This document shows positions 1-11,307 of a stretch of DNA of 64,000 bases, piece by piece. Location of the stretch: positions 7,768 to 71,767 of the forward strand of contig JBLIMJ010000001.1 in assembly GCA_047638595.1 (NCBI GenBank). Reading direction: 5' to 3'. Under the pieces are notes generated by a model. That model was given only the letters and a program-made list of their open reading frames with translations, searched no databases and was not told the origin of the DNA. Positions within the stretch are counted from its first letter, which is position 1; the number at the start of each line of letters is the position of its first letter. The translations under genes and the position numbers were made by a program. The stretch is from Acidimicrobiales bacterium. GTDB taxonomy: Bacteria; Patescibacteriota; Minisyncoccia; Phycocordibacterales; UBA918.

Positions 1-1113
1 ATCCTGCACATCTTCAGCGAGATGTAGAACGTGCATTAAAGGCAAGGCAATTGTCAGGGTGTACTCTTGTAAAGAAGCTGTATTCAAACTGGGTACACTA
101 TTGAAGAATCGAATTTTTTTATCTGGGAACAATAGATACATGCGATTACCGATAAAGGAAATACGTATGTTTTTCTTTTTATCTTTCCACCAATCATACA
201 GATCACTCATGAAGTCTGTCGATAAAACATATCGAGCCTCAGCCTCATCAGTCGTTGCTACATGCAAGAGATTTTCAAAGTCATTCCACTCAAGAATGGT
301 CTCAACAGCACCAGTATCACGCAACCCGCTGAAGAAGGTACGATGTCCAAACCCTTTTTTGTCTCCCTCTGTTGAAATAAAGGTTTTTCCTTTTAAGGTT
401 TTAGTTAGATCTAATGAGCAAAAATATCCTTTGAATATTTTTTTAACTGATTTATGTTTCCCGCTTCCAGTCACATGTTTTAGTTCAAGTTCTGCAACAA
501 ACAACGCTTTTCCATCAATAGTCAGATTCATCATGTCATCACTCATCACCCTGTTGTGTGGTTCAGTTACTAGTTCTGAATGATTAAGGAGGTCCGAAAC
601 TTGATTATCTTCAGTAGACTTCGTTACCTTTTGAACACCTGTAAATGAGTTGATATCTTTTACCCAGAATGCCCCACCTTTCTCTGAGGAATCTTCAAAT
701 GTTTTCGTAGCCTGAGTGCCATCCAGACCAAATGTTGAAAATACTTTGGAGAAAATTAAAGCATTAAGCTGAGTATTAAATCTCTTAACCACCCCTTCCC
801 CGTCTCTCAATAGATAAATACCTCGCCCAATAAGACCTAACGAAACTGGAAGTATCACAATACCCAAAAATATAGCCAAACCTTCACCAAAAACGGATGA
901 CCATACAACATCAGTAGTCTCTAGAAGAGTCACTATAAGGGCACCCCCTATAAATACCATACCCATTCCAGCACCTTGTCGTTTTTTGATTCGTTTATAT
1001 TTCTGCTCAAGGTGCCCCACCTCCTTATACACCTCGTTAGTAAAATCGCCCCAATTTTCACCTATAGTCGATTGGACAGATTCTTCAGTTGGAAATTTTT
1101 CTTTGAAATCCAT
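1..1113 (-). CDS. DUF3137-like membrane-anchored protein (3' end runs off window)
   Basis: Not in ORF track; manual translation from ATG at 1113 is open to base 1 (MDFKEKFPTEE... two hydrophobic helices ...IFKGYF...LEWNDFENLLHVATTDEAEARYVLSTDFM), resembling DUF3137; directly downstream of htpX. Confidence 0.75.
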   Translation of the reverse strand, partial: MDFKEKFPTEESVQSTIGENWGDFTNEVYKEVGHLEQKYKRIKKRQGAGMGMVFIGGALIVTLLETTDVVWSSVFGEGLAIFLGIVILPVSLGLIGRGIYLLRDGEGVVKRFNTQLNALIFSKVFSTFGLDGTQATKTFEDSSEKGGAFWVKDINSFTGVQKVTKSTEDNQVSDLLNHSELVTEPHNRVMSDDMMNLTIDGKALFVAELELKHVTGSGKHKSVKKIFKGYFCSLDLTKTLKGKTFISTEGDKKGFGHRTFFSGLRDTGAVETILEWNDFENLLHVATTDEAEARYVLSTDFMSDLYDWWKDKKKNIRISFIGNRMYLLFPDKKIRFFNSVPSLNTASLQEYTLTIALPLMHVLHLAEDVQD

Positions 1114-1119
1114 AGTCTA

Positions 1120-2019
1120 TTACATATCCATCCCTCGGAGTTTTGCAATGCGGTCCTCAGCTGGCGGATGAGTCTGGAATAATCCGCCTATTCTCTGCAT
1201 CATACTTCGCTTTTTTGCACCCTGGAATGGGTCGGAGATGAAGAGGTGTGCGGTGGCGTTTGAGGCGTGTTGCATTGGTTGCGCATGAGACGAAATTTTC
1301 TCAAGTGCGGACGCAAGGCCTTCAGGGTACCGCGTAAGTAATGCGCCCGTAGCATCAGCTACAAATTCACGTTTTCGGGAAATAGTCATTTTAATCAGCT
1401 GTGCAGCAATTGGTGCGAGAATAATACCCACGATAGCGATAATGAGAAATGCTGGGTGTCGATCTTTATTATTACCTCCTCCGAAAAACATCGAACGCAT
1501 CATAATATCAGCAATAATTGCAATGAAGCCTGCAAGCACTACAGCCACAGTCATAATCAGCATATCTCTGTTGCCAATATGAGCCATCTCATGCGCGACT
1601 ACTCCTTCAAGCTCACTTCGATCGAGTATCTGCATAAGGCCAGTAGTTACCGCTACCACCGCATTCTCTGGGTTACGTCCTGTTGCAAACGCATTTGGTG
1701 AAGGGTCTTGTACGATATAGACCTTTGGCATTGGTAGACCTGCGGTAATCGCAAGGTTTTCTACAATGTTGTACAGCTCTCGATTATCTTCAAGTGTTGC
1801 AGGCCTTGCGTGAGTCATCTTCAAAACTATTTTATCTGAGAACCAGTAGCTCCCCACGTTCATCACGAGTGCAAAAATCACTGCGATATACAGAAGTGCA
1901 GGTGTCTGCATATACCAAGCAACCCCATATCCCACAGCCATTACCAACACTAAAAACATCGCCATTAAAAACCACGTCTTTCTAATATTCTGTCCTTGAT
2001 GTGTATAGAGTGTTGCCAT
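1120..2019 (-). CDS. htpX: Zinc metalloprotease HtpX (peptidase M48)
   Basis: PNAFATG, HEMAH (HExxH), SRKREFVAD and THPP motifs, with TM helices. Confidence 0.95.
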   Translation of the reverse strand: MATLYTHQGQNIRKTWFLMAMFLVLVMAVGYGVAWYMQTPALLYIAVIFALVMNVGSYWFSDKIVLKMTHARPATLEDNRELYNIVENLAITAGLPMPKVYIVQDPSPNAFATGRNPENAVVAVTTGLMQILDRSELEGVVAHEMAHIGNRDMLIMTVAVVLAGFIAIIADIMMRSMFFGGGNNKDRHPAFLIIAIVGIILAPIAAQLIKMTISRKREFVADATGALLTRYPEGLASALEKISSHAQPMQHASNATAHLFISDPFQGAKKRSMMQRIGGLFQTHPPAEDRIAKLRGMDM

Positions 2020-2037
2020 AAGTTAGCTCTTAGTCTA

Positions 2038-2250
2038 TTAGTCCTTAGCTTTTAGTAAATTTGGTATAAACTTATCGAGCATCATCCGTATCTCAATAAG
2101 ATCAGGATCTAGTTTATCAAATTCCATTTCTGAAATAAAACCTAGTCGTTTAGATATAATGAGTTGGGTTTCAAGTTCTGAACTTGAACCGAAAGAAATT
2201 TTAAGAAAACGTATAAACTCACCAGCAGATTTGCGTTCATGCCCTAAGGG
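2038..2250 (-). pseudogene. C-terminal fragment of a four-helix-bundle protein (23S rRNA IVS/Avd-like family)
   Basis: Manual translation GHERKSAGEFIRFLKISFGSSSELETQLIISKRLGFISEMEFDKLDPDLIEIRMMLDKFIPNLLKAKD*; an in-frame TAG lies just upstream and the N-terminal half is missing. Confidence 0.7.
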
Positions 2251-2261
2251 CTAAATGCTAA

Positions 2262-2636
2262 CTATTCTTTAACTCCTTGAGGAGTTTCGTTACTTACATA
2301 CTCTTTGTCATCTGACCAGTGAAGGAAGTGTTTACTGTTATAGAAACCTTTTTTCTGCACGTTTTCCTCGATGGCGATTTGTACATCAGCTTCGGAAAAT
2401 CCCATAGTTGCCGTCAGAGCATCCAGCACCACCATAAGGTCAGCATACTCATCTAAGAAGTCAGTGCGCGTACGCACATGAGACAAAGCAGTTGCTTCTT
2501 CACGAATTTTTTTCAGAAGTTCTTGCTGAAACTCATTTTCATCAGTAATCTCACGAACCTCACACTGTTCGTCTTTGAGCTCAATAGTCTCTTTAATCTT
2601 GTCTCGTACGAGTTTGTTGTAAAATACTTTACTCAT
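2262..2636 (-). CDS. MazG-like nucleoside triphosphate pyrophosphohydrolase
   Basis: YNKLVRDKI N-terminus, EExxE-like and DEYADLMVV acidic motifs, KKGFY C-terminus. Confidence 0.8.
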   Translation of the reverse strand: MSKVFYNKLVRDKIKETIELKDEQCEVREITDENEFQQELLKKIREEATALSHVRTRTDFLDEYADLMVVLDALTATMGFSEADVQIAIEENVQKKGFYNSKHFLHWSDDKEYVSNETPQGVKE

Positions 2637-2705
2637 ATCAATATTTACTACATTATCTTGTTCAAAAAATGATGAAATACAGTAAAGCAGTTCACTATTT
2701 TCAGA

Positions 2706-3290
2706 CTAAAAATCGACTTTGACGACTTCTCGTTCTTCAGAACCTTCTTCTAGCTCAAAGTATTCACGTTCTTTAAAGCCAAACATATTTCCAATCATGT
2801 TTGATGGGAAAGACTGAAGTTTGATAGCTAAATCACGCACATTTGCGTTATAGAAGCGTCGTGCTGCTTGGATCTTGTTTTCAGTGTCTGAAAGTTCCGT
2901 TTGTAGCTGTCCAAAGTTTTGGTTTGCCTTTAAGTCTGGATATGCTTCAGCAATCATCATCAACTTCCCTAGTGACGCTGAAAGAGCACCCTCAGCACCT
3001 GCCATAGCGGTAATCTGCTCTGGGGTGATGTTTGAAGGATCTACGTGTACCTGTGTCGCTGCTGCACGTGCGTTCACTACTGCGTCAAAGGTCTCTCGTT
3101 CGTGTGATGCATATCCTTTTACGGTCTCAATAAGGTTTGGGATAAGGTCGTACCGACGTTTCAGTTGTACATCAATATCTGCCCATGCCTCAATCGCTCG
3201 TTGTGTCAGTTTTACAAATGCATTGTATATAGCAATTGCATACACAATGGTCACTACAATTATCCCTACTATAATCCATGTTGTGGTCAT
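2706..3290 (-). CDS. lemA: LemA family protein
   Basis: N-terminal TM; AWADIDVQLKRRYDLIPNL, AEAYPDLKANQNF, ARRFYN. Confidence 0.95.
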   Translation of the reverse strand: MTTTWIIVGIIVVTIVYAIAIYNAFVKLTQRAIEAWADIDVQLKRRYDLIPNLIETVKGYASHERETFDAVVNARAAATQVHVDPSNITPEQITAMAGAEGALSASLGKLMMIAEAYPDLKANQNFGQLQTELSDTENKIQAARRFYNANVRDLAIKLQSFPSNMIGNMFGFKEREYFELEEGSEEREVVKVDF

Positions 3291-3355
3291 ATATCAAAAA
3301 AGTTTATGTCTGTAATATGCTATTTATTCTATCATGCAATGAGTTTGGTACAATC

Positions 3356-3390
3356 AAAAAAAAGGCCCAACAATTACATGGGCCTTTCTT
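3356..3390 (-). terminator. Intrinsic terminator-like hairpin
   Basis: aaaggccca...tgggccttt stem flanked by A/T tracts, downstream of the 3411-3905 gene. Confidence 0.6.
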
Positions 3391-3410
3391 AGCTCATCAC
3401 CAACTGATGA

Positions 3411-3905
3411 CTAAGCTGCTTGTGCGAATAGTGCTTCAGCTCGATGAAAATATAGATTCCTTGATAGACACACAATAACTCCCATTTGGAGTTCGGTAAT
3501 TAAATTAAACCGACGTGCTAGCGCAATACAAAGAGCTTCGTCCCAAAGTGGTGGATATCCTGAGAAAGCGAGGAAATCACCAGTTGAAAGCCTTATTCCT
3601 CCAGGGTAAACGGGAGGGATGGCTTCGGGGTTCGCTATGGGAAAACTCGAAGTTTTTTCATCAGTCTCAAACATAGCGCTACACTTATTGAATGCGTTAT
3701 CCATGAAACGTTTCTCATCTACACCAGGATTGCCGATGACCGCAATTTGATGCCATGAGCCATCGTGGCCAAAGAAACACAATGCGCCACCGGAACGTTC
3801 AGTTTCTGCATCAAAAAGACTTGAGACCCCCTGGGTAACCACAACCATTTCACGTGTCAACCCAAGAGCTGATTTCAGTGAACCGCTAAATAAAGTACTT
3901 GTCAT
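3411..3905 (-). CDS. Hypothetical protein, possibly GlcG/HbpS (DUF336)-like
   Basis: AFNK...YPGGIRL...LAFSGYPPLWDEAL resembles the GlcG-fold K...GGxP...SG...D pattern; SD-like AGGAGGAG upstream. Confidence 0.5.
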   Translation of the reverse strand: MTSTLFSGSLKSALGLTREMVVVTQGVSSLFDAETERSGGALCFFGHDGSWHQIAVIGNPGVDEKRFMDNAFNKCSAMFETDEKTSSFPIANPEAIPPVYPGGIRLSTGDFLAFSGYPPLWDEALCIALARRFNLITELQMGVIVCLSRNLYFHRAEALFAQAA

Positions 3906-3977
3906 TGTATCTCCTCCTTGTAAGACAATGAATTTAAATAACTATGACATATATTTTGTTTTGATGTAAGTGACAAA

Positions 3978-4009
3978 AATTAATTACGTAATTAATTACG
4001 TAATTAATT
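3978..4009. repeat. Perfect 32-bp palindrome built from a 12-bp tandem unit (aattaattacgt)
   Basis: aattaattacgtaattaattacgtaattaatt equals its own reverse complement. Confidence 0.85.
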
Positions 4010-4273
4010 GTGGTATTAATTTTACAAGTGAAACTCCCCTGACAGTGTCAGGGGGGGGGTCTTCTGCTAACACTTCGTGCGACCTTCGGTCTGCCACTTC
4101 CATCACCAGACAGAGCCTGGTGTTTTCTTGTGACAGAATAAATAAAGGTCCGGTAATTCACCAATGTACACTCCAATTACATTACTTGAATTTGTGACTT
4201 CTACTATACTTGGAACACTAGTTCTCGATTTTCTAATAAGTTCAAGGGAGCCATCCGTATAAGTAAGCCACAT

Positions 4274-4311
4274 AAACAAAAACCTAGCGATATATCGCTA
4301 GGTTTTTGTTT
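4274..4311. terminator. Perfect 38-bp palindrome, likely groEL terminator
   Basis: aaacaaaaacctagcgata/tatcgctaggtttttgttt downstream of groEL. Confidence 0.7.
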
Positions 4312-4314
4312 CCG

Positions 4315-4435
4315 TAATTTTCTTAAATTGCGTTAGATACGAGGTGAGTGAAAAAAATAATTTGGGGTGTACCTAATGGTACGTTGAAAATCATTATTTG
4401 AAACTCAACGAAGTAGCTGACGTGATTTGGGGAAA

Positions 4436-4438
<3 letters not shown>
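4315..4438 (+). repeat. Long imperfect hairpin element (REP/MITE-like) abutting the groEL stop
   Basis: 22-nt outer arms pair with 16 Watson-Crick and 6 G-T pairs on the + strand; inner stems tgagt/actca, aataat/attatt, gtac/gtac. Confidence 0.6.
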
Positions 4439-6124
<1,686 letters not shown>

Positions 6125-6128
6125 TTAA

Positions 6129-6440
6129 TTATCCGATTACTGCGAGAATACTTGACTCTCCAACGATAAAGTATTCCTTATCTTCAACTTTCACTTCATC
6201 GAACCCATATTTTGAATACACCACACGATCACCTGCTTTTACGTCCATAGGTATTCGTTTTTCACCATCTTCATCCCATTTTCCCGCGCCAACCACCACG
6301 ACCACACCTTCTCCTGCTTGTTCTTTCTTCGCTGACTCTGGAAGGATAATACCGGAAACCGAAACGTTTCCTGACTCTTGATCTGTCAACGCCCGAACGA
6401 CAACACGGTCAGCCAACGGTGTAATGTTTACTTCTGCCAT
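6129..6440 (-). CDS. groES: Co-chaperonin GroES
   Basis: PLADRVVV, SGIILPESAK, GDRVVYSKYG; directly upstream of groEL. Confidence 0.98.
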   Translation of the reverse strand: MAEVNITPLADRVVVRALTDQESGNVSVSGIILPESAKKEQAGEGVVVVVGAGKWDEDGEKRIPMDVKAGDRVVYSKYGFDEVKVEDKEYFIVGESSILAVIG

Positions 6441-6580
6441 ACTGTTAACAATTATTTAATATATTTTCGCTAGTGCTTATCTATAATCATCCATAGACTA
6501 TAAAAAGTTACGCTTTTTATAGTAAGCGAGCCTAATTATACGTCAGGAAAAATCTATTGCAATTGTTTTAAAATTACGTC

Positions 6581-6858
6581 ATGACAAATAAGTAACACTC
6601 CGGCAATTCTACTTACTTTCAGGGAGGAAGTTATGAGTACGCTAAAATCGAACAACGCATAAAACGCTTTACCACTATCGGTTTGGTATTATTTTTTCAG
6701 GATTTTTGTCCATGCTGACATTTTTTGATGTTTCCCCTGGTCCCCACTTTGGATTTTCATACCCAGGTATTTTACACGAGATCTATGGGTGGATTATCTT
6801 TGTAGGCATGGTCTTCATAGTTCTAGGAACTGCCTGTTATGTTCTGGTCCAATTCTGA
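6581..6858 (+). pseudogene. Possible disrupted small two-TM membrane protein
   Basis: ATG at 6581, TAA at codon 5, open frame through a hydrophobic stretch (TIGLVLFF), then an apparent frameshift in a T-run into SGFLSMLTFF...WIIFVGMVFIVLGTACYVLVQF*. Confidence 0.35.
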
Positions 6859-7027
6859 CACGGGGATTTGACCATACTGAAAAGACAAAAGGAAAGACCC
6901 CCATCTGGGTAAAGTAAGAGTTCTATAAGTGCAGACACGCTGCCCTTACCGCTGCAGGAATCTACGGTTTTTCTTTTACCCGTTTATATCTTGCTATCGG
7001 CAACTCTTTCTGATATTATCTTGCCAC

Positions 7028-7270
7028 ATGGAATTCATACAAAACGTAGTGCTTCCGATACTACCATTTGTACAAATCATACTCTCAATCCTACTGATAG
7101 CTGGAATAATGCTTCAATCACGTGGATCGAGTCTCGGTGGTGCATTCGGAGGCGACAACTTTAGTGCAACCTTTCACAAGCGACGAGGGAGCGAACAATT
7201 TCTGTTTCGTGCGTCTATTGTTCTTGCGATACTTTTCGTAGCAAGTACACTTCTTACAGTCATTTTCTAA
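7028..7270 (+). CDS. secG: Preprotein translocase subunit SecG
   Basis: MLQSRGSSLGGAFGG...RRGSEQFLFRASIVLAILF; the likely start is the ATG at 7028, not the GTG at 6929. Confidence 0.92.
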   Translation: MEFIQNVVLPILPFVQIILSILLIAGIMLQSRGSSLGGAFGGDNFSATFHKRRGSEQFLFRASIVLAILFVASTLLTVIF

Positions 7271-7340
7271 CACGCTTAATGCGTTGTTATTTCTGAACAG
7301 CTAATCAGTAATTTACAGTGCCTGAACATCTGTATTCTTT

Positions 7341-9086
7341 ATGAACTTACAAAATAAAACGGGCTCACGCTCACTCCTTACTCGTTATTTCTCGTTTCTA
7401 CAACGGCGAAGTTACGGTGACCGATTTTTATTCCACATTGCCCTTATTGCGGTGTTTGTTTCACTTTTTTACGTACTAGGTATCGTCAATACACAATATG
7501 TAACTTCGGTACCAAGCAACGGAGGAACTCTTGTTGAAGGTATTGTTGGTACTCCGCGTTTTGTAAATCCAGTATTGTCAATCACTCGTGCTGATCATGA
7601 TATGGTTGCACTTATATATAGTGGGTTGATGAAACTTAATGAAGAAGGTACCCTGGTCCCTGATCTTGCACAATCAATAGAAATTTCTGAAAATGGAAGA
7701 ACATACCACGTCACACTCAAACAAGATATTCGATTTCACAATAATGATATTCTCACTACTCGCGACTTTGCATATACCATTGCACTCATTCAAAATCCGG
7801 ACCTCAAAAGTCCATTGCGTGGAAACTGGGATGGTGTACTTATTGAAGAGTTAGGAGAATACGAATTCAATATTATTCTTGAGGAAGTGTATGCTCCTTT
7901 TATGGAAAACCTTACTGTAGGTATTTTACCTCGTTCATTATGGGATGAACTTCCAACTGAACAACTTCCCTTCAGTCAAAACAACACAGAGCCAATTGGT
8001 GCGGGTCCCTATAAAGTAAGTGACGTGCTACGCAACAAATCAGGGTTGATAAATGCATACGAGCTAACCGTATCACCCTATACAAATGAAAATCCAAACA
8101 TAGACACACTTGTGTTCAACTTTTATCAAAATGAAGAAGAATTATTGGAAGCTCTTGAAAACAAAGAAATTGCAAGCACGCCAAGCCTTTCACCAGAATC
8201 ACTCTCATTGATTGATACTGATACCTATACAATAGTTGAAAAACCACTTCCTCGAACATTTTCAATCTTTTTCAATCAAAATAAATCAAGCGCACTACGT
8301 GATAAATCAGTAAGAGAAGCCCTTAATGTAGCCATTGATCGGTCTGAACTTATCGACACCATACTCTTCGGACACGGTATCCCCATCTCAACCCCTGTGC
8401 CGCCAGGCTTTATTACGATAGAATCTGAGGACGCATCACCGATACTTAGTACTGATAACCAAACACGAACAGAACAAGCAAAAATAATCCTAGAAGGTGG
8501 CGGATGGACACAGACAGATAAGGGTACCTGGGAAAAGGAAATTGATGAGCAACCTACTACTTTGTCAGTTGTTCTCACCACAGCAAACACTCCCCTTTTT
8601 GACCAAACTGCAACATTTATTGTAAAACAGTGGGAGGCACTGGGGGTGCAGGTCAGTACAGATCAATTTGAACAAACTGATCTTGTTCAAGCAATTATTC
8701 GACCACGGAGTTTTGAAGCACTCTTATTTGGAAATGATATTGGTCGGTCAGTTGACCTCTATCCATTTTGGCATTCTTCACAAAAAGACGATCCTGGGCT
8801 CAATATTGCACAGTATGCAAATATTGATACCGATGCCCTGCTTGAGAAAATTCGCACACAAACAGATCAAACAGTTCGTGCTGAAGCAATCACTGAGTTT
8901 ACAAACATCATTACTGAAGAAATACCTGCAATCTTTCTCTATACCCCAACCTTCAGTTACGTCATCGATGCTGATGTCTCAATAAATGCCTTATACAAGC
9001 TGAGTAAACCGTACGAACGCTTTGAGAATATCGCTTCATGGCATATGACCGCAAATAACCTCTGGCCTGTATTTAACAACAATTAA
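7341..9086 (+). CDS. Peptide/nickel ABC-type substrate-binding protein (SBP family 5, OppA-like), N-terminally anchored
   Basis: LIYSGLMK...LVPDLA, PIGAGPYKV, VREALNVAIDR, WEALGVQV, PAIFLY. Confidence 0.9.
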   Translation: MNLQNKTGSRSLLTRYFSFLQRRSYGDRFLFHIALIAVFVSLFYVLGIVNTQYVTSVPSNGGTLVEGIVGTPRFVNPVLSITRADHDMVALIYSGLMKLNEEGTLVPDLAQSIEISENGRTYHVTLKQDIRFHNNDILTTRDFAYTIALIQNPDLKSPLRGNWDGVLIEELGEYEFNIILEEVYAPFMENLTVGILPRSLWDELPTEQLPFSQNNTEPIGAGPYKVSDVLRNKSGLINAYELTVSPYTNENPNIDTLVFNFYQNEEELLEALENKEIASTPSLSPESLSLIDTDTYTIVEKPLPRTFSIFFNQNKSSALRDKSVREALNVAIDRSELIDTILFGHGIPISTPVPPGFITIESEDASPILSTDNQTRTEQAKIILEGGGWTQTDKGTWEKEIDEQPTTLSVVLTTANTPLFDQTATFIVKQWEALGVQVSTDQFEQTDLVQAIIRPRSFEALLFGNDIGRSVDLYPFWHSSQKDDPGLNIAQYANIDTDALLEKIRTQTDQTVRAEAITEFTNIITEEIPAIFLYTPTFSYVIDADVSINALYKLSKPYERFENIASWHMTANNLWPVFNNN

Positions 9087-9182
9087 CAACCTTCACTACT
9101 ACCTAATGAGTATTTGAGAGTATCAATGTCTTACATAGATTTTCTCAACTATTCATTACGAAGTATAATTAGAAATAATATT

Positions 9183-11159
9183 ATGAACAACCAAAACGAA
9201 AATAAAGAAGTTATTCAGAAGCCTGCTCATGCGAGTACGGGTACAAGTACTAACCGAAACCAGAACAACCGAAACCGTCGCCCTGGGCAAGGTCGTCCAG
9301 CAGGTGCTGGCACACATACCCAGAAACGATCACAAAATGGTCAAAGTGGTAACGGTGGACCAAAGAAACGAGGACGTGGCGGAAAACGTAACAACCAGCG
9401 TCGTCGGAGCATGACCAATCCAGCACTAACACACCGAATGGCTGAAAAGGATCACAAAGCACCAATCATTCCTGAAGTGCTTGATGACGACACAGTGCGT
9501 ATCATTCCTATGTCAGGAGTAGAGCAAATCGGTCGCAATATGACCATAGTGGAAACAAAGGACGACATCATCATCTTTGATATCGGCTTCCAATTTGTAT
9601 CTCCAGAAGCAAATGCACCAGGGATTAACTACATCCTGCCAAATACACAATACCTTGAAGAACGAAAACATAAAATCCGTGCATTGGTGGTCACACACGG
9701 TCACCTTGATCACATTGGTGGTATTCCATTTGTGATGGAACGAATTGGCAATCCACCAATCTACACACAGTACCTCACCTCTTTGATGATACTTAAACGA
9801 CAAGAGGAGTTCCCACATCTAGATCCGGTAATCATGAATGTTATCAAAGAGGGTGATTCATTTACTGTAGGGAAAACAAAAATTGAAACATTTCCTGTTA
9901 CACACTCTATTCCTGACGCAATGGGTGTATCAGTAAAAACTAAGCATGGTGACGTGGTTATCACTGGTGACATCAAACTGACACATGAAGATGGTGAAGT
10001 TATTCCTGAAGAACGAAAAGATTGGGAGGGAGTCGGGAAAAACAAAAACCTTATTCTTGTGTGTGACTCTACAAACGCAGACCGAAGTGGTTGGTCAGCA
10101 CCAGAGGGAGCTGTGTTTACAAACCTTGAAGAAATTATTCAAAACGCAACAGGACGTCTCATTATTGGTACGTTTGCTTCGCAGTTTGATCGACTTATCA
10201 GTATCATTGGCGCTTGTGAAAAATCTGGTAAGAAAGTGGTAATGGAAGGACGATCTATTAAAACCAACATCGATATTGCATTAACTGCTAAGTTATTTGA
10301 GGTAAAGTCAGACACATTCATAAATGCTGGCGACATGGGTGACTACCCTACCGACCGCATTGTTATTCTCTCTACCGGAGCACAAGGTGAAGAATTTGCA
10401 GCGCTTATGCGTATGGCGACCGATAAACACAAATTCATCAACCTCACTGACCGAGATACTATTGTTCTCTCTTCTTCAGTTATTCCAGGTAACGAAATTG
10501 CAGTACAGAAACTTAAAGATAATATTTATCGAAAAAATGTCCGAGTAATTAACTATCGCTCTGCTGCAGTACACTCTTCAGGACATGGAAATGCAGGTGA
10601 ACTTATCTGGGTACAACAAACAGTGAAGCCTAAGTTCCTCCTGCCTGTACATGGACACCACTATCACCTCAAGAGTCATATGTATGCTTCTGTTGAAAAT
10701 GGTTTTCCAAAGGAAAACATTACCGTTCCTGACAATGGATCAATTATTGACATCGTCAATGGAGAACAAATGATTGTACAAAAAGTAAAAGCTCCTAGTG
10801 ACATTATCATGGTGGATGGATTCACCGTAGGTGCTCGACAAGAAGTAGTACTACGTGACCGTCAGTCACTCTCTGAAGACGGTATGTTTGTGATTATTGC
10901 AACAGTAAACACCAAGACTGGTAAGTTACGAAAGTCACCAGACATTATCTCTCGTGGGTTTGTCTACCTCCGTGAAAACCAACAGCTTCTTTCAGAAGCA
11001 CGTGTTCTCATCAAGCGAACGGTAGAGAAAAATACTGAGGGTATGCACCCAATTGATTTAGACATGGTGAAGGATGAACTTGCTGATACCATCAGCGGAT
11101 TCCTTATGCAAAAAACATCCAAAAGCCCAATGGTCATCCCCGTACTCATCGGCATTTAA
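9183..11159 (+). CDS. rnj: Ribonuclease J with basic low-complexity N-terminal extension
   Basis: GVEQIGRNM, THGHLDHIGG, HSIPDA, TGDIK, HSSGHG, PVHG; the likely start is the ATG at 9183. Confidence 0.95.
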   Translation: MNNQNENKEVIQKPAHASTGTSTNRNQNNRNRRPGQGRPAGAGTHTQKRSQNGQSGNGGPKKRGRGGKRNNQRRRSMTNPALTHRMAEKDHKAPIIPEVLDDDTVRIIPMSGVEQIGRNMTIVETKDDIIIFDIGFQFVSPEANAPGINYILPNTQYLEERKHKIRALVVTHGHLDHIGGIPFVMERIGNPPIYTQYLTSLMILKRQEEFPHLDPVIMNVIKEGDSFTVGKTKIETFPVTHSIPDAMGVSVKTKHGDVVITGDIKLTHEDGEVIPEERKDWEGVGKNKNLILVCDSTNADRSGWSAPEGAVFTNLEEIIQNATGRLIIGTFASQFDRLISIIGACEKSGKKVVMEGRSIKTNIDIALTAKLFEVKSDTFINAGDMGDYPTDRIVILSTGAQGEEFAALMRMATDKHKFINLTDRDTIVLSSSVIPGNEIAVQKLKDNIYRKNVRVINYRSAAVHSSGHGNAGELIWVQQTVKPKFLLPVHGHHYHLKSHMYASVENGFPKENITVPDNGSIIDIVNGEQMIVQKVKAPSDIIMVDGFTVGARQEVVLRDRQSLSEDGMFVIIATVNTKTGKLRKSPDIISRGFVYLRENQQLLSEARVLIKRTVEKNTEGMHPIDLDMVKDELADTISGFLMQKTSKSPMVIPVLIGI

Positions 11160-11163
11160 CCTA

Positions 11164-11188
11164 ACTTAAGACATCCGATGTCTTAAGT
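11164..11188. repeat. REP-like palindrome (GACATC-C-GATGTC core)
   Basis: acttaagacatc c gatgtcttaagt; same core as 27979-28039. Confidence 0.75.
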
Positions 11189-11193
11189 ATCAG

Positions 11194-11238
11194 ACATAAA
11201 TAAACGGTAGACTCTTCGAGTCTACCGTTTATTTATGT
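11194..11238. terminator. Perfect 21-bp-arm hairpin downstream of rnj
   Basis: acataaataaacggtagactc ttc gagtctaccgtttatttatgt. Confidence 0.7.
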
Positions 11239-11307
11239 TCCGCTCTGCGTACTGTCCCCGTGGGACTTTATAATTCTGGAGTTAGGTTGTTACAATATGG
11301 ATACTAT

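Noticed and set aside
59-583. 174-aa plus-strand ORF
   Set aside because: Antisense shadow of the DUF3137-like gene on the minus strand.
2038-2250. Diversity-generating retroelement suggested by the Avd-like fragment
   Set aside because: No reverse transcriptase and no TR/VR pair with adenine-specific mismatches was seen.
6441-6580. CIRCE operator upstream of groES
   Set aside because: Only a half-site-like agtgct is present; no TTAGCACTC-N9-GAGTGCTAA.
6880-6985. ncRNA upstream of secG
   Set aside because: The ends could pair (gggtaaa/tttaccc), but I recognise no family and the support is weak.
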